Below are positions 1-8,545 of a DNA stretch of 64,000 nucleotides, in pieces. The notes under the pieces were generated by a model. The model was not told the DNA's origin. It did not search any database and worked only from the letters and a program-made list of their open reading frames with translations. Source of the DNA: an uncultured Lachnospiraceae bacterium (GTDB lineage Bacteria; Bacillota; Clostridia; Lachnospirales; Lachnospiraceae); the NCBI GenBank assembly GCA_947173945.1, contig CAMWGV010000010.1, positions 56-64,055 of the forward strand, read 5' to 3'. Each line of letters begins with the position of its first letter. The stretch's first letter is position 1. The position numbers and the translations under genes were made by a program.

Positions 1-1620
1 AACAAGAATGGAGTAGATAGAATCACACGTTCAATACGGACTATTAAAGATCAGCGTATTATAGAATTTTTATCAAAGAATAATTTGATACCTAAATATG
101 GATTTCCAGTTGATACCGTAGAATTGCAGGGGATTGGGATTAATAGTGCTAATAGCATGTTACGATTGAATAGAGACCTTTTTTCTGCAATATCAGAATA
201 TGCTCCAGAATCAGAGGTGGTTGCTGATGGTAACCTTATTAAAAGCAGATATGTAAGGAAATTACCCGGATATGAGTGGCCTAAATATAATTATGCAGAG
301 TGTCCAGAATGTTTGACATTAAATAGAACATTGTCAATACACAGGATAAAAAAATGTCGTTGTGGGAAAGAATTAAATGGCAGGGGACATCAGTACATAA
401 TTCCCAAGTTTGGATTTCAGATGGATACAGAAGGAATGAAACCTGTAGGGCTTAATAAGCCAGAGAGAACATATAAAGGTTCTGTGTCATATATCGGGGA
501 TGAAAACAAAATTGAATTCCATGAATATAATATCTGTGGACATCAAGTATTGCTTGGAAATAGCAAAATGGATTTGCTTGCAGTTCTGAACAAGTCATCA
601 TTTTATATTTGTGAAGTTTGCGGGTATGGAATCGTTAACGAAAAGGCCACAGATAGAATTGTGAAATATAATCATAAAAATCCGAATGGTTATAAATGTG
701 TGTCTGATAAGTTGGTTTCTTATGCGCTTGGACATGAATTGCAGACAGATGTTGTTTTGCTAAAATTTCTTGATTGTGAAGTTTACAAACAGGATGAGGC
801 ATGGACGATTCTTTATTCCATGCTTGAAGGATTAAGCAGAACTATGAATATTGATAGAAATGAACTATCAGGATGTTTACAATGGTATCGTGAGAATGAT
901 AATACACCAGGAAATTTTGGTTTTGTATTATTTGATAATACTCCTGGTGGTGCTGGATATGTTCGGAAGCTGATTGAGCCAACAATATTTGCAAATATGC
1001 TAAGAGAAGCTTTTTATATTGTAAGTAATTGTGAATGTGGAGGAGAAGCGGCCGATACAGCATGTTATAGCTGTTTATGCAATTATTACAACCAAAAGCA
1101 GCATGATATCCTTAAAAGAAAATATGCAATTGAGTTTTTCCAACAATTTAGCCTCTCATATAATGATGAATGGCCTGCAACACGAAATGAAGAAATATAT
1201 GTGAAGCCTGTAGTTGAAACTGTACCACAAAAAATCATAAAAGAAGTTTTTGTAAATACAAAGGAGCATTTTCAATTAGAATATGGTGATGATGGGCAAA
1301 ATCAAGAGTCTGAAACGGCAGAAGAGATATGGGACAATTTATTTGAGGATTGTTATACTGATGCGGAGCAACACCTTATTGCAGAAATAAAAAGTCGTAA
1401 TATTGTGAATATAGTAAAACCTGTCTATCAGCAAACGATAAAGATATTGGAAACAGGAGAAAAGATATATACAGATTTAATATGGAGAAGTAAAAAAGTA
1501 ATGTTGTTTTTAGATGAAAATAGGGATAGTTATGAGATAGCCAGAAAAACTGGCTGGTATTGTTATTGTACTTCGGAAACATTTGATATTGACGAATTTT
1601 TAGAAAGGATACAAGTGTGA
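1..1620 (+). CDS. C-terminal part of a large DEAD/DEAH-box helicase with DUF1998 (MrfA-like Zn-binding) domain; 5' end lies upstream of the window
   Basis: Frame 1 is open from base 1 (NKNGVDRI...FLSKNNLIPKYGFPVD). DUF1998-like motifs LGHELQTDVV, FVLFDNTPGGAGYV and CECG...ACYSCLCNYYNQ are present. A ~120-aa C-terminal extension (DLIWRSKKVMLF...GW) follows. Confidence 0.8.
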   Translation, partial: NKNGVDRITRSIRTIKDQRIIEFLSKNNLIPKYGFPVDTVELQGIGINSANSMLRLNRDLFSAISEYAPESEVVADGNLIKSRYVRKLPGYEWPKYNYAECPECLTLNRTLSIHRIKKCRCGKELNGRGHQYIIPKFGFQMDTEGMKPVGLNKPERTYKGSVSYIGDENKIEFHEYNICGHQVLLGNSKMDLLAVLNKSSFYICEVCGYGIVNEKATDRIVKYNHKNPNGYKCVSDKLVSYALGHELQTDVVLLKFLDCEVYKQDEAWTILYSMLEGLSRTMNIDRNELSGCLQWYRENDNTPGNFGFVLFDNTPGGAGYVRKLIEPTIFANMLREAFYIVSNCECGGEAADTACYSCLCNYYNQKQHDILKRKYAIEFFQQFSLSYNDEWPATRNEEIYVKPVVETVPQKIIKEVFVNTKEHFQLEYGDDGQNQESETAEEIWDNLFEDCYTDAEQHLIAEIKSRNIVNIVKPVYQQTIKILETGEKIYTDLIWRSKKVMLFLDENRDSYEIARKTGWYCYCTSETFDIDEFLERIQV

Positions 1621-1624
1621 TAAT

Positions 1625-3343
1625 ATGGCTACAATGATACCGGATAAACCAAGAGAATTTGAGGCAAACAGTCTTGAAGATATCATGTTTGATGAACTGG
1701 CGAATTTATCCAGAGAATATTATGTTTTTCATTCATTCTCTATTGTGTCAGTAACTGATTCTGTTTTGTACGAAAGTGAAACCGACTTTGTTGTTTTTCA
1801 TCCGGAGAAAGGATTATTGTGTATAGAAGCTAAAGCGGGACAGATAAATTATACAGATGGGCATTGGAGATATGGTAGTGGAGGCATTATGTCTCATGAT
1901 GGACCATATAATCAAGCAGATATCAATAAATGGAAATTGGGAAAGTACATGGAAAAACAAAAGTTAGCGTATTTGAAAGACCGGTGTAAAATGCTCCATG
2001 CTGTATGGTTTCCATCAATTAGTAAGTCAACATTTGAAAGAGTGACACTTCCAAGTGAGGCTGATATGGATATTACTTTAACCAGTGATACTTTTGGTCA
2101 TATAGAGGAAGAAATTGAGAGAATATTTACCCTAGAGGTTCCACGACATGTCAGAACTGATTTGAATGCAATAGATATTAAAAATATGATTAATCGTGTA
2201 TTGGCTCCTTCATTTAATTTAGTTTCAATTCCACAGGTTAAAGCAAATCATGACAAAATAGTATTTAAGAAAATGCTAAGAGAACAGATGTTGTTGCTAA
2301 ATTATCTTGAAGAACAAAATAATGCTGTGATCAATGGTCTTGCAGGAACTGGAAAAACAATAATGGCAGTTGAAAAGGCAAGAAGACATGCCGATGAAGG
2401 AGAGAAGGTATTATTTCTTTGCTATAATAAAAATTTAAAAAAACATCTACAAGACACTTATAATCATGAAAATATATTTTTCTTTACTATTGATGGATTG
2501 GCATGTAAATTATGTGATACTGTATCACCTAATTATTCATTGCTTAAGGAAGTGTTGGAAGATATGTATATTGTAGGTAATTTCCCATATCAACATATTG
2601 TGATTGATGAAGGTCAAGATTTTGGAAAGAGAGGGATGGAGGAAGCAGGACTTATAGAGTTGTTAAAAATGAATGTGCTTAATGATGAAAGTAAAAATGG
2701 TACTTTCTATTTGTTCTATGATAAAAATCAGATGGTGCAATCATATAATGTGCCTGGATACATTAATGATGCAGATTGTAGATTGACATTATATCGTAAT
2801 TGTAGGAATACAGAAAATATTGCAGTAACTTCGTTAAGATTATTAGGTACAGATAAGAAACCGAAATTGTTCCAAGGCTCTGTAGTTGGTGATTTGTCAG
2901 AATTGTTTTTTGCATATGATGAAGAAAGTACGTTGGAAATCATTAACGCTATAATTAAAAAGAATTGGGAATTGGGATATGATGATATTACAATTTTGAC
3001 CTGCAAGACGGAGAGCAATAGCATAATCAGTAATGAATGTTCAGATGGCGTATATTTTTATCAAGGAAAAAAAATAAGATTTGCAACATGTAGAACTTTT
3101 AAAGGGCTTGAATCTGATGTTGTAATTTTAATTGATATGGATAATAGTTTATTTGAGTTGGATAATGAACAGCTAATGTATGTTGGTTCCTCTAGGGCAA
3201 GATTAAGGTTGGCATGCATATCAGCTCTTACTGATAAACAGTGCGAAAAAATATTAGACAATATGGGAGCAAGAAAAAGTCGTAATGTGAAAAAATCTAT
3301 GGCAGTAGCAATGAATGCAAAATATATTGAAATAAAAAGGTAA
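1625..3343 (+). CDS. NERD (PD-(D/E)xK) nuclease fused to a superfamily-1 (UvrD/DUF2075-like) helicase
   Basis: N-terminal ETDFVVFHPEKGLLCIEAKAG nuclease motif; Walker A GLAGTGKT; Walker B VIDEGQD; NCRNT; TFKGLESDVVIL; YVGSSRAR. Starts 4 bp after the upstream stop. Confidence 0.85.
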   Translation: MATMIPDKPREFEANSLEDIMFDELANLSREYYVFHSFSIVSVTDSVLYESETDFVVFHPEKGLLCIEAKAGQINYTDGHWRYGSGGIMSHDGPYNQADINKWKLGKYMEKQKLAYLKDRCKMLHAVWFPSISKSTFERVTLPSEADMDITLTSDTFGHIEEEIERIFTLEVPRHVRTDLNAIDIKNMINRVLAPSFNLVSIPQVKANHDKIVFKKMLREQMLLLNYLEEQNNAVINGLAGTGKTIMAVEKARRHADEGEKVLFLCYNKNLKKHLQDTYNHENIFFFTIDGLACKLCDTVSPNYSLLKEVLEDMYIVGNFPYQHIVIDEGQDFGKRGMEEAGLIELLKMNVLNDESKNGTFYLFYDKNQMVQSYNVPGYINDADCRLTLYRNCRNTENIAVTSLRLLGTDKKPKLFQGSVVGDLSELFFAYDEESTLEIINAIIKKNWELGYDDITILTCKTESNSIISNECSDGVYFYQGKKIRFATCRTFKGLESDVVILIDMDNSLFELDNEQLMYVGSSRARLRLACISALTDKQCEKILDNMGARKSRNVKKSMAVAMNAKYIEIKR

Positions 3344-3370
3344 AATAGTTTAATAAAGGTTTCGAGAAGG

Positions 3371-3400
3371 AACAGTCAGGTCACTCTGGCTGTTTTTCTT
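3371..3400 (+). terminator. Rho-independent terminator of the helicase operon
   Basis: aacagtcag-gtcact-ctggctgtt stem followed by a T-rich run. Confidence 0.75.
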
Positions 3401-3570
3401 TGCGATATTTTATGTTTGTGACTATGAAGTGTTTCTCTGCACTGGCATTATAAAAAATGCTGTTGATTATGTCATGTCTGGCATTTATTTTTTGAGGCAA
3501 AAGGTGCTAACTGTAAAGCACAGCAGTTTTTACACTAATAGGGGACAGGGGGATATACCCTCTGCAAGTG

Positions 3571-3689
3571 AATTTTTACAGATGCTCCGCAGGAAAAAAT
3601 CTGTAGAAATTCTGCCTGTGGACGTCCACAGGCAGTGCTTGCTATTCCAGAAATGGAATGCAAATGATTTTAGTCTGCATAGGCAGACT
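3571..3689. repeat. Cluster of four adjacent inverted repeats/hairpins
   Basis: 13-bp stem at 3571-3611; perfect 24-bp palindrome ctgcctgtggacgtccacaggcag at 3612-3635; attcca-gaaa-tggaat at 3644-3659; agtctgc-atag-gcagact at 3672-3689. Confidence 0.8.
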
Positions 3690-3820
3690 GTTCCAAAACT
3701 AATAGGAGCGTTACCGCGCATACTGACTGAAAAAATCTAAAAAAGTTTTTGTAAATAGGAAGGAATTTTGCACCTTTACCATTTACTATAATAAAGGGCT
3801 GGACAAGAGGAGGGAACTAT

Positions 3821-4031
3821 ATGACCACCGCAGACTGCAGAATGGAAAATTGTCAGTATTTTTGTGTTCAGTGCTCACGTTACATCAAGGGATTATGAGC
3901 AGGAATTTAGCGTTTGTGTCCGCACGATACGTAACGACATTGTAGCCCTTTCCGATGGTTATCCCATATACACAATGCAGGGAGCAGGTGAGAGAATTTT
4001 TATCATGGACAGCTATAAGCTGAAACTTTAG
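3821..4031 (+). pseudogene. Frameshifted small HTH (HTH_11/DeoR-like wHTH) regulator typical of Clostridial integrative elements
   Basis: RBS gaggaggg, ATG at 3821. Removing one A at ~3848 gives MTTADCRMEIVSIFVFSAHVTSRDYEQEFSVCVRTIRNDIVALSDGYPIYTMQGAGERIFIMDSYKLKL*, which has the EFxVxxRTIRNDI helix-turn-helix signature. Not in the ORF track. Confidence 0.65.
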
Positions 4032-4227
4032 GACATGTATATCAAAAACTGAATACATAAATCCGCATATGATCCAGCAATTCTTCCCAACTGTTTGCAG
4101 ATGTTTTCAAGGGATTTTGAATTATATTCATTAACACAGCGCAAGGGCAGTTACAGACTTATGGGAAAGGTATGGACTGTTCTTTTTGTGCGTTTAAGGA
4201 GGCATTTATAGAAGGAGGCGAAAGCCA

Positions 4228-4422
4228 ATGAAAGAAGTTCCGATTTGGGAAAAGAGCAATTTAAGCCTTGAAGAAGCGGCAGCTTATTCAGGAATTGGCG
4301 TTAATAAACTGCGTGAGCTTACCAATGAAAAAAACTGCCACTTTGTTTTGTGGGTTGGTAATAAGCGGTTAATTAAACGCCGCTTGTTCGATTAATACAT
4401 TGAGCAGGAGTATTCTATCTAA
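4228..4422 (+). pseudogene. xis: Excisionase (Tn916 Xis-like) with a premature stop
   Basis: RBS aaggagg. Manual translation MKEVPIWEKSNLSLEEAAAYSGIGVNKLRELTNEKNCHFVLWVGNKRLIKRRLFD*YIEQEYSI*, with internal TAA at 4393-4395. Confidence 0.85.
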
Positions 4423-4496
4423 CATGAATAGTATTCTTTTGTTTTTTGTGAATCTTGTGGTGTAAAATCGGCTTTGATATGGTAAAATAACGAGGA

Positions 4497-4609
4497 AAGC
4501 ACTGCTCATGCTTGCATGAAGCAGTGTTTGACGACAAAATCCATCGAGACGTTAGTCGAGATGGATTTAGAATGAGTCATGTCAAGGCTCTTTCCACTAC
4601 GGAAAGGAG
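4497..4609 (+). promoter_or_regulatory. Structured leader between xis and int; the third hairpin sequesters the int RBS
   Basis: Hairpins at 4497-4529 and 4537-4568, and ctctttcc-actac-ggaaaggag at 4588-4609, which contains the SD sequence aaggag. Confidence 0.55.
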
Positions 4610-4616
4610 TTTGAAA

Positions 4617-5848
4617 ATGTATGAGAAACGGAAAGACAATAAAGGACGAGTCTTAAAGACAGGGGAGAGGCAGAGAAAAGACCTGATATATCAATACCGT
4701 TACACGGATACCCACGGAAAGAGGTAGATTATTTTTTCCTCTTCTTTAAAAGAATTGCGGGAAAAGGGAAAGACGATCCTGAAGCAGCTTGATGATGGGA
4801 TTACTTATGTAGTCGGAGAAGTTACCATTGTTGCCCTCTTGGAGCGCTATATTAGTCTGAAACAGGGTGTACGCTACAATACCAAAGTCGGATACAATTT
4901 TGTGTTGAATCTGATTAAAAAAGAAGATTTTGGCTACTGACAGATAAAGGATATTAGGATATCGGACACCCAACAATGGATTGTGAAGCTGCATAATGAC
5001 GGAAAAGGATACAGTAACATTACAAGTGTCCGTGGTGTCGTCAAGCCAGCTTTTCAGATGACATATAATGAAGACATTATCCGAAGAAATCCATTTGATT
5101 TTAAGCTGCTTGATGTTGTGCCAAATGATTCACAAAAACGTATCACTATGACAGAGGAACACCAGGAGCGTTGGATAGGTTTTATCCGTGAAGATAAAAC
5201 CTACGCAAAGTATTATGATGAATTTGTTGTGCTGTTGGGAATGGGAATGCGTGTCAGCGAGTTTTGTGGCTTGACAAAAAGTGATCTGGATTTTGAAAGC
5301 CGGAAAATCCGTGTGGATCATCAGTTTGTTAGGGAACGGGGTGGAAAGTATTATGTTGAGAAAACCAAGACAGAATGCGGATGCCGCTTTATCCCTATGA
5401 CAGAGGAAGTCTATCGAAGCCTGAAAAATATCCTTGCTCGTCGTAAGAACTTAAAGACAGAAATGATTGTTGATGGATACAGCAACTTTCTTCTGTTGGA
5501 CAAGGATGATAAACCGAAAGTAGCGTTGCTTATCGAAAATGAGATGCGGTGGGTAATAAAGAAATACAAGAACTTTATCCAGATAAACCATTGCCGAACA
5601 TCACGCTTCATGTGTTCCGGCACACCTTTTGTAGCAATATGGCCAAGTTTGGAATGAACCCTAAAACACTTCAGTACCTTATGGGGCATTCAGACATTTC
5701 GGTTACAATGAACACTTACACGCATTTTGGATTCGACGATGCCAAGGATGAAACGATCAGGCTTGAAGAACTTGAGGTGGCCAAGAAGGAAGTAGAGAAG
5801 GTAACAGGAGAAAAGCCAATAAGTCAGAAAATGTTTAAAGCAATTTAA
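4617..5848 (+). pseudogene. int: Tn916-like tyrosine integrase, inactivated
   Basis: MYEKRKDNKGRVLKTGERQRKD N-terminus; in-frame TAG at 4725-4727 and TGA at 4938-4940; 1-nt frameshift near 5570. Catalytic motifs GMRVSE, HVFRHTF, LMGHSD and TMNTY are recognisable. Confidence 0.9.
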
Positions 5849-5871
5849 TATAGAAGAATATAGGACGAAAA

Positions 5872-5907
5872 CCTCGGTGGCAATGTTGCTGCCGGGGGCT
5901 TTTTTTT
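5872..5907 (+). terminator. Rho-independent terminator after int
   Basis: cctcggtggca-atgt-tgctgccgggg followed by T8. Confidence 0.8.
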
Positions 5908-6018
5908 GTAGAAAAAAGGCAGCTGTTATGCTATGATAATGATATATTAGGCGGAGTGTTGCTCCGTGGTAAATTTCGAGTTTGTTAACGATAAGAAATA
6001 AAATGGGGACAATGTAAA

Positions 6019-6375
6019 ATGATTAAAACAGAGTTTGGTATAATTTGCGATTTTGATGAAAATGAAGACTATGATGGGTATCATCCCGAAAAGTATAATT
6101 GTGTAGCAATTGATGATGACTTATATTTGAACGATTGGTGGGAGAAACTGAAGAGTATAGACACTTTCAATGTTTTGAGTAAAGGTGTTTTGCAGCCACA
6201 GAAGGCACTTTCGCGCTGGGGAATTACTATAATACCTCCCACATCATTGTTACATTTCCTTGAAATAGTGAAAAATGATAAACGATATCATGAAGATGAG
6301 CATTTAGTGGTGTTAGCGGCGCTGATTGAGGAGGCCATCAAAAATCAAAAGTACATGATTCATTATGGAGTATAG
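6019..6375 (+). CDS. Hypothetical protein (118 aa)
   Basis: ORF with upstream gggg RBS-like sequence; no family recognised. Confidence 0.7.
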   Translation: MIKTEFGIICDFDENEDYDGYHPEKYNCVAIDDDLYLNDWWEKLKSIDTFNVLSKGVLQPQKALSRWGITIIPPTSLLHFLEIVKNDKRYHEDEHLVVLAALIEEAIKNQKYMIHYGV

Positions 6376-6401
6376 AACATGTAAAATTTAAAGGTGATAA
6401 A

Positions 6402-6824
6402 ATGGATAAAAAAGTCAGAGACCTAATAGAATTTTTGAATACTACTAGAGATACTGATACCACATATTGGTATCCTTTATGCACGTTGAAAATTGATATA
6501 CCAGTAGTTGCATGTAATATTGATAAAATATATAAAGATAATCAAATTTGTTTATTAGAACAGATATTGCAATTGTGCACAATAAGTAATGTAACAATGA
6601 TACAGTTGAATCCAGGAGAAGTATTTGAAAACAAAAATTTAGTAGAAATATTATATGCTCGTGATAAAGATGGATATGATTTCCCTTGGTGTGTGGAAGC
6701 ATATTATTATGATGCAACTAAACAATGGATGATATATGTTTCACATGAAGGTACTATTACATTTGTTGGAGAAGAAATGGTAAAATTCGCAAAGGAAATA
6801 ATACCAGAGAAATATATTCTTTAA
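6402..6824 (+). CDS. Hypothetical protein (140 aa)
   Basis: RBS aaggtg; 26 bp after the previous ORF; followed by a terminator. Confidence 0.7.
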   Translation: MDKKVRDLIEFLNTTRDTDTTYWYPLCTLKIDIPVVACNIDKIYKDNQICLLEQILQLCTISNVTMIQLNPGEVFENKNLVEILYARDKDGYDFPWCVEAYYYDATKQWMIYVSHEGTITFVGEEMVKFAKEIIPEKYIL

Positions 6825-6857
6825 AAATATGGAAGAATAAGAACGATACTGAATATG

Positions 6858-6894
6858 GCAGGTGGCAGAGCAGAATGCCATCTGCTTTTTCTTA
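6858..6894 (+). terminator. Rho-independent terminator
   Basis: gcaggtggca-gagcagaa-tgccatctgc followed by ttttt. Confidence 0.75.
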
Positions 6895-7094
6895 TTAAAA
6901 AGACGTATACATTGTTGCAAACTTTTAGTCGTTTTATTCAGCTGCAATGACAAGAATGATTAGAATAGAATTTCCTGTAACGGCAAAAAAGAATTAAATA
7001 ATTCTGAACTTATTGAAATTTTTGCCGATGATGTGGTATACTATACAGTAAATCAGTGAAGTTTTTTGATTCGATTTATAATGGAGGATAGCAG

Positions 7095-7985
7095 ATGCGA
7101 TACCTTTCGGTTACTGAAATAGCGAAAAAATGGGATGTGTCGGAGCGCAGCGTTAGGAATTACTGTGCCCAAGGACGTTTGATTGGTGCATTTCTTACCG
7201 GCAAGACATGGAACATTCCTGAAAATGCAGAAAAACCAGAGCGTACCAATAAAAGAAAAGAGCAACCTATTACTCTGTTGGATATTCTGAAAGAGCAGAA
7301 AGCAAGCAAATATTCCGGCGGTATTTACCATAAGACACAGATTGATCTGACATACAATTCTAACCACATTGAGGGCAGTCGTCTGACACACGATCAGACC
7401 AGATATGTCTTTGAAACCAACACCATTGGCGTGGAGAATGAAGTTCTCAATGTGGATGATGTGATCGAAACAGTAAACCATTTCCGCTGCATTGACAAGA
7501 TTATTGAAAATGCAAAAACGACGCTGACTGAGAAATTCATCAAGGAGCTTCATCTGATTCTGAAGAACAGCACCAGTGATTCTAGAAAAGATTGGTTCGT
7601 TGTTGGTGATTATAAGAAATTACCAAACGAGGTTGGCGGCACGGATACCGCCTTTCCGGAAGAAGTTGCCAATAAGATGAAAGCATTACTGACAGAGTAC
7701 AACGCCAAGGAAGAAAAGACCTTTGAAGATATTCTGGATTTCCATGTGAAGTTTGAAAGAATTCATCCGTTCCAGGATGGTAACGGTCGTGTGGGCAGAC
7801 TGATTATGTTCAAAGAGTGTCTGAAATATAATATAGTTCCGTTCATTATTGAAGATAATCTAAAATTGTTTTATTACCGTGGATTGAAAGAATGGAATAA
7901 TGAAAAAGGTTATCTGACAGATACCTGCCTAACTGCACAGGACAAATATAAAGCGTGTTTAGATTATTTTAGGATTGAACATTAA
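7095..7985 (+). CDS. Fic-family protein with N-terminal HTH
   Basis: Canonical HPFQDGNGRVGR Fic motif; SNHIEG inhibitory motif; N-terminal YLSVTEIAKKWDVSERSVRNYC HTH; RBS ggagga. Confidence 0.9.
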   Translation: MRYLSVTEIAKKWDVSERSVRNYCAQGRLIGAFLTGKTWNIPENAEKPERTNKRKEQPITLLDILKEQKASKYSGGIYHKTQIDLTYNSNHIEGSRLTHDQTRYVFETNTIGVENEVLNVDDVIETVNHFRCIDKIIENAKTTLTEKFIKELHLILKNSTSDSRKDWFVVGDYKKLPNEVGGTDTAFPEEVANKMKALLTEYNAKEEKTFEDILDFHVKFERIHPFQDGNGRVGRLIMFKECLKYNIVPFIIEDNLKLFYYRGLKEWNNEKGYLTDTCLTAQDKYKACLDYFRIEH

Positions 7986-8031
7986 TAAAGAAAAACCAAG
8001 CAATACCAAGATATAAGGAGCTATAAGCGTT

Positions 8032-8526
8032 ATGATTAAAATATTATTTATTTGCCATGGAAACATTTGTCGTTCCCCAATGGCGGAATTTATATTAAAG
8101 GACATGGTTCAAAAACAGGACCTTGCAGACCAATTTTACATTTCTTCCGCTGCAACCAGCACAGAGGAAATCTGGAATGGGTCGGGCAATCCTGTCTATC
8201 CGCCTGCAAAGCAGGAGCTTAAAAAGCATGGGCTTTCCTGTGGGGACAAGCGTGCAATATTGTTAAAACGTGAAGATTATGATAAATATGACTATCTAAT
8301 CGGGATGGATAGTGCTAATATAAGAAACATGAAAAGAATTTTAGGCGGAGATCCACAAGGGAAGATATATAAGCTTCTTTCATTTGCAGGAAGTGACAGG
8401 GATGTAGCAGACCCATGGTATACAGGACATTTTGATGTCACATATACGGATGTTGAGTCCGGCTGCAAGGGACTACTCGCATTTCTAATGAAACAACAAG
8501 CTTCACAATCACCTGAAACAATATAG
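8032..8526 (+). CDS. Low-molecular-weight protein-tyrosine phosphatase
   Basis: FICHGNICRS P-loop (CX5R) and DPWY motif. Confidence 0.92.
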   Translation: MIKILFICHGNICRSPMAEFILKDMVQKQDLADQFYISSAATSTEEIWNGSGNPVYPPAKQELKKHGLSCGDKRAILLKREDYDKYDYLIGMDSANIRNMKRILGGDPQGKIYKLLSFAGSDRDVADPWYTGHFDVTYTDVESGCKGLLAFLMKQQASQSPETI

Positions 8527-8545
8527 CAAAACGGGGGAAATAAAA

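Larger units (their letters stand above)
3821..5907 (+). mobile_element. Degenerate recombination module (HTH-xis-int) marking the end of an integrative element or genomic island
   Basis: Three consecutive pseudogenes in the xis-int order of Tn916-family elements. att sites were not identified. Confidence 0.75.

Noticed and set aside
3571-3689. Retron msr-msd interpretation of the hairpin cluster
   Set aside because: No reverse transcriptase gene is in the window and no flanking a1/a2 repeats are evident
3429-3740. 103-aa ORF (and the antisense 63-aa ORF) over the hairpin cluster
   Set aside because: GTG start with no RBS and no recognisable domain; the region is better explained as structured non-coding DNA
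4228-4940. Stop-codon reassignment or read-through as an explanation for the in-frame stops in xis and int
   Set aside because: The stops are of three types (TAA, TAG, TGA), frameshifts co-occur, and all other genes in the window use the standard code. Ordinary decay explains them.
5968-5990. gtaaatttcgagtttg motif as an integron-like cassette recombination site
   Set aside because: Only one copy was found, so a cassette array cannot be supported
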